From Bdellovibrionales bacterium (GTDB lineage Bacteria > Bdellovibrionota > Bdellovibrionia > Bdellovibrionales > JAMPXM01), in assembly GCA_043739185.1 (NCBI GenBank), contig JAYUEN010000029.1, positions 1 to 64,000 of the forward strand: a stretch of 64,000 nt of DNA, read 5' to 3'. This document shows, in pieces, positions 30,349 to 40,601 of this stretch; the first letter of the stretch is position 1; every line of letters begins with the position of its first letter. The notes under the pieces are model-generated. The model had not been told where the DNA came from. It did not search any database and saw only the letters and a list, made by a program, of their open reading frames with translations. The translations under genes were made by a program, and so were the position numbers.

Positions 30349-31146
30349 TTAGAAATTGGACGAGGCTTTTTTTTGAAAGGATTGAGTTAAAAGGTTCAAA
30401 GACAAGACCAATGCAAATATTGCGAGGGCCGGAAAGAAACTTACATGAGGTGCCAAATCCATAATTTTTCTTCCGGCATTCAGCAGCCCCCCCCATGAAG
30501 GGGTATCAATCGGCGCACCAAGACCAAGGTAACTGAGCGCCGACTCAGCTAAGACCACACTTGAAAACGCCAAGCCCATTTGTACTAAGAGTAAGCCCAT
30601 GATATTCGGCAGAAGATGATAAACAAAGATGCGAGGGACACCGGCACCAAGGGCAATCGCAGCAACAATCGAGTCTTCATTCTTCATGTGCATGATCTCT
30701 GATCGCACCAAGCGAGCAAAGGATGTCCAGCTCGTAAGACAAAGGGCAAAAATGAGATGGGGAATAGATGGTCCCAAAACACTGACTAAAAAAAGATTGA
30801 GCAAAAATCCTGGAAAGGACATAAAAACCTCAGTCACTCTCATGAGAGCGAGATCAAAAAGGCCGCCCTTCCAACCGCTAAACATACCAATTGTTACGCC
30901 TAACAAAGCTGAAATGAAAACTACCAATATTGATATTTCGAGGCTCGTTGCAGCACCTTTTGATATGAGAATGAGAATGTCACTGCCGTTTTGATCGAGT
31001 CCGAAAAGATGTTGCCAACTTGGAGTTTGAAAGCGCAATGCCAAATTCATTTCGACATTCTGTTGCTCACCCCAAATGGCAAAAGCACATATCATAAAGA
31101 AGATGGCAGCACCAATTTTTGATTTTGTGCTCCAATTTGGATTCAA
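30349..31146 (-). CDS. dppC: Peptide ABC transporter permease (DppC-like)
   Basis: HLFGLDQNG, ARLVRS and ESALSYLGLG motifs. Confidence 0.85.
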   Translation of the reverse strand: MNPNWSTKSKIGAAIFFMICAFAIWGEQQNVEMNLALRFQTPSWQHLFGLDQNGSDILILISKGAATSLEISILVVFISALLGVTIGMFSGWKGGLFDLALMRVTEVFMSFPGFLLNLFLVSVLGPSIPHLIFALCLTSWTSFARLVRSEIMHMKNEDSIVAAIALGAGVPRIFVYHLLPNIMGLLLVQMGLAFSSVVLAESALSYLGLGAPIDTPSWGGLLNAGRKIMDLAPHVSFFPALAIFALVLSLNLLTQSFQKKASSNF

Positions 31147-32063
31147 GTGCGAAGCCTAGGTTGAAGAATCGGGTAGATGAGATCGAGCAGAAAATGAACC
31201 ATGGCATAAATAAGAGCCGTAACCAAAACACAATGTTGAACCAGGGGATAATCACGGCTTTGAACCGCTTGATAAAGTAGGGTCCCTAGACCTGGCCAGT
31301 CAAATATACTTTCTACAATCAGTGCGCCGCTGAGCAAAGCACCCAATTGCAGACCAATCACACTCGCGATTGGCGTCATTGAATTTTTTAAAATATGTAC
31401 GAAATAAATTTTAGAAGCCGGTAGACCCTTAGCACGTAATACTCTTACAAAATCTTGATTGAGATAGTTTGAAAAACTCGATTTAGTGAATTGAATAAGG
31501 ACCGAGCTAAGCCCTACAGCAAGTGTGAATGCAGGCAAAAGAACAGACAGCGCAGAGTCATTTCCGCCAATGGGTAACCAATGATGATGAATGCAAAAAT
31601 ACAATATGAGAATGGGTGCTAAAAAAAAACTCGGCAGTGAAACCATAAAAACACAAACAAGCGAAAGGATTCGACTCCAAAGAAAATGCTGATACACAGC
31701 TGCCATCATCCCCAAAGGGAGCGAAATTACGACTGCAATTAATAGGGCACTCAAAGCTAGCAGCAGAGTATTCGGCAGTCGTTCTGAAATTTCTCGGTAA
31801 ACATTTTTATGGTTAAATAAAGACTGCCCCCATTCAAGCCGGACCAAACCTTTTATAAAAACAGAATACTGTATCACTAAATTTTGGTCTAAACCTAGAG
31901 CCTCACGAAGAGAGGCCCGATCAATTTGTGTGGCTTGATCTCCCAAAATCATATCGATGGGATCACCTGGCAATGCGTGAATCATTAAAAAACTCAAAGT
32001 AGCAACGGCCCAAACCATCACAATCGAAAAAACGAATCTCCGAATGTAATATGAAAGGGCCAT
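31143..32063 (-). CDS. dppB: Peptide ABC transporter permease (DppB-like)
   Basis: PGDP, LRAKGL, VESIFDWPGLG and RDYPLVQ motifs. Confidence 0.88.
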   Translation of the reverse strand: MALSYYIRRFVFSIVMVWAVATLSFLMIHALPGDPIDMILGDQATQIDRASLREALGLDQNLVIQYSVFIKGLVRLEWGQSLFNHKNVYREISERLPNTLLLALSALLIAVVISLPLGMMAAVYQHFLWSRILSLVCVFMVSLPSFFLAPILILYFCIHHHWLPIGGNDSALSVLLPAFTLAVGLSSVLIQFTKSSFSNYLNQDFVRVLRAKGLPASKIYFVHILKNSMTPIASVIGLQLGALLSGALIVESIFDWPGLGTLLYQAVQSRDYPLVQHCVLVTALIYAMVHFLLDLIYPILQPRLRT

Positions 32064-32065
32064 AC

Positions 32066-33097
32066 CTATTGATTTTTCTCTTCTTCAGTTGGCGGAGCGG
32101 CACTTGGCGGCGGAGGCGGAGGTAACTTCGATTTGACCATTATTCCTTGGCCACCCCTGACACCACTTTGTTTTAAATTTTCTGAAGCGGGTACCGACTT
32201 TTTCTCGGCATTTGCCTTTTTCTTTGCTGCATTGGCTGGTGTATTGGCCTGATCTGAATCACTTCCTAAAACTTCTTCTAAAGTTTTAGATCCTGCAAGT
32301 GCTTGTTTTTTATAAAGAGCATTGTCCTTGCCTACCGGAATGCTACCAAAAAGAAGTGCCATATTTGAATTGCTAAATTGAAATTGATCGACGGCTTCGG
32401 CTTGTGTTGCAACAATTTTTAACTTCAATTGCGAAGTCGGCATCCGAACCTCAAGCATATCTCCACTAGCGGTCATAAGACTTACAAACTGATCTTTATC
32501 ATAACGATTGAGGATCTTATACGCTGGTATCGATTCATAGTCTTCTTTCGACTTGATATAGGCTTCACCCGGATGAACTTCGGCACTCTCTTCGCTAATG
32601 GCTTTGTAGGCATAGTGCTTCTCAAGCTTGAGTCCCTCCTTTGAGTTTAAAATAGCAAATGGTAAAAACACGGATAAGTACGTGCCCTTTGCAAGGCTTT
32701 TGGTGATATCATATTCTTTTTTTCCCTCGAGAACCTTGGCTTTTAAAACATTTTTTTGAATGCTCGCCTTGATATTTTTAAAACTGCTCGCCTGCGTTTT
32801 GGGATCAATTGAAGCCAAGGTATATTCATATCCAAGCGGAGTTAATTTTGCATCCGAACGAGCTTTGATACTTTCGCTGGTATCTTTTTCAGCGGTTTTG
32901 ATCTTCACATAGGTGGTGGCTATAAATTCAGATTTCTTCTTATCGAATTCGTAACGTTCAATACTATAACCCACGGGCATATCGGCTAAAAAAATCTTGT
33001 AATAAGCTTCAAAAATAATATCTGCTTTGGCCTGATTGGTAAAACTAAGCAAACTAAACGACACAAAGACAACTGCTAAAAAACCTCTTTGGACCAT
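32066..33097 (-). CDS. Hypothetical secreted protein with Pro-rich tail
   Basis: Signal peptide, 343-aa ORF, PPPPPP near the C-terminus. Confidence 0.7.
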   Translation of the reverse strand: MVQRGFLAVVFVSFSLLSFTNQAKADIIFEAYYKIFLADMPVGYSIERYEFDKKKSEFIATTYVKIKTAEKDTSESIKARSDAKLTPLGYEYTLASIDPKTQASSFKNIKASIQKNVLKAKVLEGKKEYDITKSLAKGTYLSVFLPFAILNSKEGLKLEKHYAYKAISEESAEVHPGEAYIKSKEDYESIPAYKILNRYDKDQFVSLMTASGDMLEVRMPTSQLKLKIVATQAEAVDQFQFSNSNMALLFGSIPVGKDNALYKKQALAGSKTLEEVLGSDSDQANTPANAAKKKANAEKKSVPASENLKQSGVRGGQGIMVKSKLPPPPPPSAAPPTEEEKNQ

Positions 33098-33204
33098 AGT
33101 CGGTGTCCTTTCATAAATGGGCTTAAAAATTATAGTTTCGCCAAGTAAAAAGCCTAACAGGCCAATGACCTTTCTGCAAACTTTGTGATAAGCTTATTTT
33201 TAAG

Positions 33205-35295
33205 ATGTGGCAAAAAATATTTACTCCAACAAATAAACGAAAAAACAATATTTTAATTGGGCTCAAAAATGAAAATGGCCAAATCGCAATTTTCATTGCG
33301 TTGATCTTCCAAGTGCTATTTATTTTTTTCGCTATGCTCATCAATGTTGGCTTAATTGTTCATGATAAAATTAATCTACAAAATTCGGTTGATCTTGCGG
33401 CCTACTACGGTGCTGAACGCCAAGCTGAACTGCTCAATGAAATCGCCCATATCAATTATCAAATTCGTCAAGAATACAAATTGCTCGCTTGGCGACAACG
33501 GGTTTTGGGTAGCTATACATTTAATATGAATTCGCGCATGCCAATGGCGCCAGCTGATATTCCCGATACCGATATGCCGGCAGTTTGCGTAGACCATCCG
33601 GGCTGGAAAGAAGTCTTCGATGTGAAGCCCACTGATCCCACCGATTATTGCCAATCGCCGACGACGCAAAAACCGGGCGTGCCACAATACAATGTGGTTG
33701 CTGGATGGCTTGGCATTCACAATACTCTCGCCAATTTCTTCGGAAAAGTTACGGACTCTGTAATTGCTGGCTGTAATGCTGTCGGCCCCTTGAATTGGTT
33801 TACCGCAAGTATTTGGCTCTATGAATACAAACAAGCCGTACTGATGCGCTCGAATTTGATTCGGGCGATTGCAAGCAATCTTTCTCAACCTGGCGCAACT
33901 TTTACAGATCTATATAGTGGGCCCGTAATCGACGGAGTGAGAAAAACATTTTTAAAGAATCTCACTGAAGCCAACCGGGTATCGATTTCATCGAGGGCCA
34001 ATGATAAAATTGATAATCCAGGAGATTTCAAATTCATAAATAGTCTGAGCTCTGATATTCCCGGCGGCTGCCAGGCAATTAATAATGAAAATCCCTATTG
34101 GCTGCATGAAAATCAGATTTGGCCTAAAGTCACCTATGTCAATTCGGCTTCAACATCAACCGGCGCGTGCAGTACTTTTGTTCAATTAGTTGAAAGCCCG
34201 CCACTCTCAGGTTTGGGAACATATGATCCAACTGTGGTTACAGAACTAGCCAAGATTGATTCGGGTGAACCCAATCCCAATGTCGGAACTCATACCATGC
34301 CTTACTCATCATTGGGCTTTGAAAAAAACCCTTGGTGCCTGGCTTATGTCGGAGTCAAAGCAACTACGAGGCCGCGCAAACCCTTTGCTCCATTTGGTAA
34401 ACCTGTGGCTTTACAGGCTCGCGCCTTTGCCTCGCCCTTCGGAGGAAGAATCGGGCCCTGGGTGAAATCAAATTGGGCCACTGGATCCGATCACTCAAGC
34501 GGTAATTCAGTCGATCCACTTGTTGTTCCTCGGATTGAGGACGGCGGAAATCCTCCGGCAGCGGTGAACATCGCGAGCTCCGCCATTCCAAATTATTCGC
34601 GTTACCCTGGCGACCAGTGGGGCCTTCGTTCACAACTTGAACATTATTTGTATGGATTGAGTTATTTGAGCTTTGTGCTTCCGAAAAAAAATCCAAATTA
34701 TCCTCTTTTGCTACCCATGTATTCTTATAATCATCTCATCAGCCCGGCCAATACAGATTCGCTTTCTCAAGGCGGTGGCAATATTGGAGCGGCAGCTCAA
34801 GGTTTGCGGGCGCTTGAGAATATGGCCGTCTCTCCTGATCTTTTCGATATAACTTATTATTCGATTGATGCCGACTACTACGGTAGCTATTTTAAACCCT
34901 TATTTACTACGATCAGCGATTTGGGTTCCGCAGCCTTGCCGCCATATGATAACTGGAATGTGCGTGAGCAAATGTATCTCGCAAAAGCCAAACTGTATGA
35001 CAAACATATCCCGGGGGTGAATTGGCTTGTACCCAATCTCGATTATTTATTGACCGGCTGGACCCAAGGGAAAACCGGTGACTATGGACTCTCACCTGCA
35101 CAATTTGCACAATGTTCTGTGCATCCGAATTACAAAGACAATTGGCCACCGACGCCCGGCTACTGTGTTATTGGTGGCCGCACGGGTTATTCAGTACGTT
35201 TGATCGGAAGAAAATATTTGAATTCTTCAAAGCTTGAACTTGGAGGAAATGGGGTTACTGGTAAACTTAAAAATCCTCCGCCCTCAGGATGGTAG
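33205..35295 (+). CDS. Tad/Flp pilus TadG-like protein
   Basis: N-terminal NENGQIAIFIAL...INVG...KINLQNSVDLAAYYGA Tad motif. Confidence 0.8.
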   Translation: MWQKIFTPTNKRKNNILIGLKNENGQIAIFIALIFQVLFIFFAMLINVGLIVHDKINLQNSVDLAAYYGAERQAELLNEIAHINYQIRQEYKLLAWRQRVLGSYTFNMNSRMPMAPADIPDTDMPAVCVDHPGWKEVFDVKPTDPTDYCQSPTTQKPGVPQYNVVAGWLGIHNTLANFFGKVTDSVIAGCNAVGPLNWFTASIWLYEYKQAVLMRSNLIRAIASNLSQPGATFTDLYSGPVIDGVRKTFLKNLTEANRVSISSRANDKIDNPGDFKFINSLSSDIPGGCQAINNENPYWLHENQIWPKVTYVNSASTSTGACSTFVQLVESPPLSGLGTYDPTVVTELAKIDSGEPNPNVGTHTMPYSSLGFEKNPWCLAYVGVKATTRPRKPFAPFGKPVALQARAFASPFGGRIGPWVKSNWATGSDHSSGNSVDPLVVPRIEDGGNPPAAVNIASSAIPNYSRYPGDQWGLRSQLEHYLYGLSYLSFVLPKKNPNYPLLLPMYSYNHLISPANTDSLSQGGGNIGAAAQGLRALENMAVSPDLFDITYYSIDADYYGSYFKPLFTTISDLGSAALPPYDNWNVREQMYLAKAKLYDKHIPGVNWLVPNLDYLLTGWTQGKTGDYGLSPAQFAQCSVHPNYKDNWPPTPGYCVIGGRTGYSVRLIGRKYLNSSKLELGGNGVTGKLKNPPPSGW

Positions 35296-35297
35296 AC

Positions 35298-36311
35298 TTA
35301 GAGAATAAGATCATCTCGATAGGTTTTCGCTTTTAGATTGACGTTTGAATTCACAACTACATTGTTTAGTTCGCAGTGATCAGGAACCTCTACTTTGGCT
35401 CCCAAGACTACAAAGCCATTGAGCTTGGCTTTTTTAGAAATCATGGCACTCGAATCAGCAAAAACTAAATTTGAGTTATTAGCATCTAATTTTAATTTAG
35501 AATCTTTAGCAAAATCACAAAACAAAAACTGTAAAAAAGCATCGTTGGAATTTTGAGAATAGGCCCGCAGCACCTCATGAGTGGACTTTAGGTAATCCTT
35601 AATATTGCCGGTTTCGTGCCAGTCACAATCGTCGATAAATACTTCTATCTTTTCACCTTTGAGATGGGCAGTCATCACGGCATCATAGAGAATATTGCTT
35701 TCACCTTCTGGAAAATATTGAAATGCTCTTTTGTTCATAAGCATTACGCCCACATAGTGTAGTCCCTCGAGACTTGATTCAAGGCAGGCCGGAGATGAAA
35801 GCTTACTTGGGCTCACTTTACCAAAACCAAAGACCTCTTTCAGGGGGTTGGCCCAAACGCCGCCAAATTGACTCCCAACACGAGGGTCTCGCTTGACCAG
35901 CAAAGTCGCCATGGCGCCAGAACTTTTGTGTTGCTCTAGCATATCATCTAAGAGACTTAGACGATTTGGCAAAATAACTTCATCGCCGTTTAATATAAAA
36001 AAATTTTCCTCGCTCTGTAAATATTGACGTGCAAACCAAAGCCCACCGCCACTGCCCAAGGGCTTTTCTTTTTCAAAGCTCAAGGTCGTTTTGACTGAAG
36101 TATATTCCTTTGCAAGTTTAAGAATTTGTTCTGGCTTGTAGTGAGAATTGATAATGCATTCTTCAAGTGCAAAACTCTTAGCGGCTTTCAAGAGTGCCAG
36201 CGAATAATAAAAAAGCGGAATATTAAGAAACGGAATCGCTGGTTTTGCCAAGATATTCGTATAGGGGCTTAATCTCGTTCCCAATCCTGCTGCGAGAATA
36301 AAGGCTTTCAT
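35298..36311 (-). CDS. Sugar-phosphate nucleotidyltransferase (MurU-like)
   Basis: ILAAGLGTRLSPYT...KP motif; directly downstream of an AmgK-like kinase. Confidence 0.8.
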   Translation of the reverse strand: MKAFILAAGLGTRLSPYTNILAKPAIPFLNIPLFYYSLALLKAAKSFALEECIINSHYKPEQILKLAKEYTSVKTTLSFEKEKPLGSGGGLWFARQYLQSEENFFILNGDEVILPNRLSLLDDMLEQHKSSGAMATLLVKRDPRVGSQFGGVWANPLKEVFGFGKVSPSKLSSPACLESSLEGLHYVGVMLMNKRAFQYFPEGESNILYDAVMTAHLKGEKIEVFIDDCDWHETGNIKDYLKSTHEVLRAYSQNSNDAFLQFLFCDFAKDSKLKLDANNSNLVFADSSAMISKKAKLNGFVVLGAKVEVPDHCELNNVVVNSNVNLKAKTYRDDLIL

Positions 36312-37351
36312 ACAAATTTGTGCTCAAAAAGCCCGTTGTCGTTTAAAACATCATAAAATAATTTATACTCATTGAACTTTTCAAGACTGCTGCGAACTCT
36401 CGACAAGGTATTATGCAGATATTTAAGATAACGAGTGTCTTGTCTTAAATTATAAAAGCTTGAAAAGCTGCCACAGGCCTTAAAACATCTTTGGATACTT
36501 TGAATTTCATAGACATGATCAAACTCAGCGCGAGATAACTTTGCCAAATTCGTTTTTTTGCCGGCCAAATTTCGACCCTGCAAATAGTAATCGATCAGTT
36601 GGCTTTCGATGCTTGAATCTATATCAACGTAGGAGTCTCTTAAGAGACTTACTAGATCGTATTGTATGGCGCCCATGCGCGCATCTTGAAAGTCGATCAC
36701 CCGCATTTTACCATGCTTGATCATGACATTGCGTGAATGATAGTCGCGATGAGCAATGAATTTGGTTTCAGAATTAAGGGTCTCACAAATCTTCAAAAAC
36801 AATTTGTCGATATCTTGAGAAAGCTTACTTGAGAACTTCAAATCACAAAGCTTGAGCAATAAATGGTCGCGACCATAATTCATTTCCCAAAGCAGTTTGT
36901 CCGTATCAAAAGCAATTTTAAAAGCCACACACTCTGAAATATCAGCACTCGCTTCGTAGTGAATTTTGAGAAGTTCATCGATTGCCAATTTATAATAAGG
37001 CAGGACAAGTTCTTGATTTTGATTCTCCCAAAATTTTCGCTCCAGCGTAAGATCGCCTAAATCTTCAAGTAAAACCAAGCCGTCTGCAGGAGATTTGGCA
37101 ATAACGGATGGTACTTGAATTTGGTGTTTCGCAAAATGATCTAAAACATTTAAAAAAGGATACTTACCGTCATCTACGAAGGGATCCCAATCCATTAAAA
37201 CCCAAGAATCATTTTCAGCAACCACACGAAAATAACGCCGGCTCGAGGCATCGCCCGCTAATGCGAAAATTTTATAATCGCGAGGACCAAGACCTTTGGC
37301 CACAAAACTAAGATATTTTTGAAATGGATGAGATTCTGAAGTCTGCATCAT
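36308..37351 (-). CDS. amgK: Anomeric MurNAc/GlcNAc kinase (AmgK-like, APH fold)
   Basis: GDASSRRYFR, LEDLGD, HRDYHSRN and IDFQDA motifs. Confidence 0.85.
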   Translation of the reverse strand: MMQTSESHPFQKYLSFVAKGLGPRDYKIFALAGDASSRRYFRVVAENDSWVLMDWDPFVDDGKYPFLNVLDHFAKHQIQVPSVIAKSPADGLVLLEDLGDLTLERKFWENQNQELVLPYYKLAIDELLKIHYEASADISECVAFKIAFDTDKLLWEMNYGRDHLLLKLCDLKFSSKLSQDIDKLFLKICETLNSETKFIAHRDYHSRNVMIKHGKMRVIDFQDARMGAIQYDLVSLLRDSYVDIDSSIESQLIDYYLQGRNLAGKKTNLAKLSRAEFDHVYEIQSIQRCFKACGSFSSFYNLRQDTRYLKYLHNTLSRVRSSLEKFNEYKLFYDVLNDNGLFEHKFV

Positions 37352-37390
37352 TCAATGCTTGCAGACAGATCTCATAAAGTCCAATTGACT

Positions 37391-37648
37391 TTATTCTTCG
37401 CTAGAATTTCTGGGCCTAAATTTAACAACTGTGCCGTTGCTCATAGCTATTTGGGAATTTAATTCTGCTAATTTGAGTCGTTCAATTTCAATTTCATTTT
37501 TTACTTTTTCTGAAATTAATTCAGATTTTAGTTCCGCTAATAATGATTCGGTATGAATCTTTTCTCCCGCCGAAAGTCGGGCGCTCTGATTCACTTTTTC
37601 GATCATTTGGTTCAAGCTTTCGTTGATCTGCTCATTGGTTCGCATCAC
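37391..37648 (-). CDS. Small hypothetical coiled-coil protein
   Basis: AAGGA RBS, 85-aa charged helical ORF. Confidence 0.55.
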   Translation of the reverse strand: MMRTNEQINESLNQMIEKVNQSARLSAGEKIHTESLLAELKSELISEKVKNEIEIERLKLAELNSQIAMSNGTVVKFRPRNSSEE

Positions 37649-38127
37649 ATTTATCCTTAAAGGCTCACTGAAAGGCCGTTACATACAAGATTATTCAGTT
37701 GCCTTCTACTTAGCAGCAAGCGTACCAAAGTCAGTTTCAGCACCAAAATTGTTCGAGCTGACTACTAGTTGAACGTGATTTTTTGGAGACTTTGTGACAC
37801 CAGCTTTGTAAGTTCGAAATATCCTTGATCAATTTTCAACACACTTTTGGTTCAAGACAATGTGATCAGCTGATTTCGCAAAAGTTAGTCCCCTCTCATT
37901 GGATTTCAGCTCAAAAAGCCTGAATAAGTTTTCGACAATTTACCTGAAAGCAGCCACGGGAAAACACTAAGGACTTAGAACAATTGGAGAAGAGGTTCGT
38001 TCTCCGCGAACTCAAACTTGGTATACGGCGGTATTGAGCTGTTTAGCCACTTAGCAAGCCTTTGAAGAAAGATTGATTCACCCAAACTCTTTGAATGTAG
38101 AAAAAATGAACGTTAAACTCATTCAAT

Positions 38128-38661
38128 ATGTTTTTCTTCCTTATTTTCTTTAATCTTTTAGGACTCAATATGCCCAGTTGCCCTCAGGCATTCGGAGAAC
38201 AGACAATGAAAAAATCTCGAGAGATCGCTATCACTCAAATTTGCCTTGCCTTTAGCCAGGCAGAAGCAGACGCACAGAAAAAAAGACAAATGCAAAAACA
38301 AGAAGATAGCCAGAAAAGGCCCTCCGGACCATTTTTGAATTTGAAGCAAGGCGACGAAACTCCGAGTGAGTTTATTAAATTCATTCAAGATCTGTCGGTT
38401 TCTTCCTATGCAATACAATCAACAGCACAAGAGAAGAAGTTTTATGACAGAATCAATTCACGGCGAGAGAAGTTTCTTTCAACGATGATGCAATACCTAA
38501 AGGAAGGCCCCTTGACTAATTAAGAACTCGATAGAGAACTTAGCGCATTCGTGAAAGAAATGAATAAGTCTTCAGATAAGCTTTTGGAGGCGCACACGCC
38601 TAAAACTTGCCAAATCGGACTGTCGACTTTGGACACCTTGATTCGTGAAATGGCCAAATAA
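38128..38661 (+). pseudogene. Secreted hypothetical gene with in-frame TAA at 38521-38523
   Basis: The frame stays open for 45 more codons after the stop (ELDRELSAFVKEMNK...TCQIG...MAK*), ending just before the next gene. Confidence 0.55.
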
Positions 38662-38701
38662 AAGATTTGTGCCTTTTATGGCTCGCAGTTATAAAGCCTA
38701 A

Positions 38702-39292
38702 ATGAAGAATTTTAGCTCAATGAAGGTCTATTTTCGAGCGGTCTCCTTACTGATAAGCTTAGCAATGGTTTTGGCCGCCATCGCATATCTACATGGCGGA
38801 AGTTTTCGCACCCTGATTGAATCTAAGTCGCGAGAATGGGGCTTCGGAGGCGCTGGGGAACACGCACTCATTGTTACCAAAAGTACCTCTTTTAGGCTAT
38901 GCAGAACCCGTATAGACTCCATTGAATGGTCTAACCATGTTCGCATATTTGAAGACAAAACCGGAACTAAAGCGAAGTGGATGTCTCAAGCCAGTTCAAG
39001 CGCCAATGCCCGGGAATTAGATTATCTCGATATTGAAAAGTGGTTTGGAATTAATTGTGAGGTCAGAGTCAGACCGTGGCCAGAGGCCAATCAGTCCCGC
39101 CTCGCGAAGCAAATTGACTTCGTAGTCTTTCACTTTGTAGATGGAGCTACTTCCCACATTAAAAGAACCCTAGATGCGGGCTTTTTATTTGATCAAAGCT
39201 TTTTTAAGAGTACTGAACTAGCCAACTCCTTGAGTGAGCTTTACCAACTCGGAAGCATTGACTTGCCAGAGCCTCGCCCAGAATCACATTAG
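38702..39292 (+). CDS. Hypothetical membrane-anchored protein
   Basis: N-terminal TM helix, 196-aa ORF. Confidence 0.65.
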   Translation: MKNFSSMKVYFRAVSLLISLAMVLAAIAYLHGGSFRTLIESKSREWGFGGAGEHALIVTKSTSFRLCRTRIDSIEWSNHVRIFEDKTGTKAKWMSQASSSANARELDYLDIEKWFGINCEVRVRPWPEANQSRLAKQIDFVVFHFVDGATSHIKRTLDAGFLFDQSFFKSTELANSLSELYQLGSIDLPEPRPESH

Positions 39293-39343
39293 GAGTTGCC
39301 CGCTAAAGCGGCACAAATTGCTAGCTCGGGACCTCTTGATATC

Positions 39344-39372
39344 TTGACAAAAAATGCGCTTTTCAATACTTT
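39344..39372 (+). promoter_or_regulatory. Sigma70 promoter of tRNA-Asn
   Basis: TTGACA-N17-TACTTT. Confidence 0.7.
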
Positions 39373-39389
39373 GTCCCTTCCGCTGTTGC

Positions 39390-39465
39390 TCAGGTGTAGC
39401 TCAGTTGGTAGAGCAAGCGGCTGTTAACCGCTTGGTCGGCGGTTCGAGTCCGTCCACCTGAGCCA
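39390..39465 (+). tRNA. tRNA-Asn (GTT)
   Basis: Acceptor TCAGGTG/CACCTGA, D-arm AGCTCAGTTGGTAGAGC, anticodon loop CTGTTAA, GGTTCGAGTCC T-arm, encoded CCA. Confidence 0.97.
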
Positions 39466-39578
39466 TTTCTATCTCTAACTTATTTCATTTAATCTCGTGG
39501 TATATTCTTGTATCGACGTCGCTCTAAGGTGGCCGCGGATTCGCCGGCATTTAGCCGACTCATCCTATACTTGTAGGA

Positions 39579-40022
39579 CTAGGCGAAGTCTTTTAACAAT
39601 ATTTTTTTACGTGCGGATGCTGTTGGTGACTTTATTAAATCACCGAGTGATTGCCGATTGAGACTCGAAATAAAACTTGAAAAGGCTTCTTGTATAGAGA
39701 TTTCAAGGGCGCAGACTCCTGCAATCGGGCAAGTATTGGTTTTACGGTTAAAGCATTCAACAAGATGAAAGTTCGCCTCGGTGAGAAGTACAATATCGCC
39801 AATTTTCATTTTTAAAACATGGGGCTCAAGGTCGAGTCCTCCAGACTTTCCTTTTACTGAACGAAGCATTTTTCTTTTTGCCAATTGATGAACAACTTTT
39901 ACCAAATGGTTTCGTGAAACCTTAAAATTCTGAGAGATCTCGGCGACGCTTGCACGCTCATTTTTGATCGCCAAGTAGAGAAGAACTCTCAGTGAGTAGT
40001 CGCTAAATTGAGTGAGTTTCAT
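39579..40022 (-). CDS. nsrR: Rrf2-family regulator, NsrR-like
   Basis: MKLTQFSDYSLRVL, SRNHLVKVV, and three Fe-S Cys (ECF...TCPI...C). Confidence 0.8.
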   Translation of the reverse strand: MKLTQFSDYSLRVLLYLAIKNERASVAEISQNFKVSRNHLVKVVHQLAKRKMLRSVKGKSGGLDLEPHVLKMKIGDIVLLTEANFHLVECFNRKTNTCPIAGVCALEISIQEAFSSFISSLNRQSLGDLIKSPTASARKKILLKDFA

Positions 40023-40104
40023 ATCTTTAATTTACCCCGTAAAATCATAGGTTTGCTCGAGTGCTCGATCTTCTATTTTATTTTTGCGGCAAATGTGTTA
40101 TCAT

Positions 40105-40127
40105 AATATATATCTAATATACATATT
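40105..40127. promoter_or_regulatory. NsrR-type operator
   Basis: AATATATAT-CTAAT-ATACATATT, a 23-bp imperfect palindrome resembling the AANATGCATTT 11-1-11 box, between nsrR and the divergent gene. Confidence 0.6.
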
Positions 40128-40154
40128 ATAGTTTCTAGACGCGGGGGAGGTCAA

Positions 40155-40589
40155 ATGCAATTACGAAAAGCATTTTTGCTTATCTCTGGTTTCTTTTTTT
40201 TCTTTGGCTGTTCTGACCCGGATGTACCGACGTCACCAAAAACGAGTGGTTCAAAGAGTAGCACGCCTCCAGTCAGCCAATCTATAAACAAATGGACCAT
40301 TGCACCGCCTGCAAAAATTTGCGGACCCAGCGGATATAGCTTCTTGATCTCGCAATACATAGGACCCAATTGCGCTGGTTGCCACTCGCCAGGAAGCTTT
40401 ACCAAAATGCCTTTTGTCGACACCGATCTAGCAAGCGCCACAAGCGCGGCGCTAGGCCTGGGTGAAGCGAGATTTTTGGCAAAATGTATTGCTAATAATT
40501 TTTGTGGTCCCTATTGTAATTTAGATCCCAAAGGCGAAGTATATTCTGGGATCCTTGAGTGGTTTGGTTCTCCAAATGTTTGTCCTTAA
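40155..40589 (+). CDS. Cys-rich lipoprotein with one c-type heme motif
   Basis: Lipobox FFGC, CAGCH, additional Cys residues. Confidence 0.7.
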   Translation: MQLRKAFLLISGFFFFFGCSDPDVPTSPKTSGSKSSTPPVSQSINKWTIAPPAKICGPSGYSFLISQYIGPNCAGCHSPGSFTKMPFVDTDLASATSAALGLGEARFLAKCIANNFCGPYCNLDPKGEVYSGILEWFGSPNVCP

Positions 40590-40601
40590 AAGGTAATTAT
40601 T

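Noticed and set aside
37650..38105. Long intergenic region as a possible ncRNA
   Set aside because: No recognisable RNA family motif or convincing structure by eye; would need an Rfam scan
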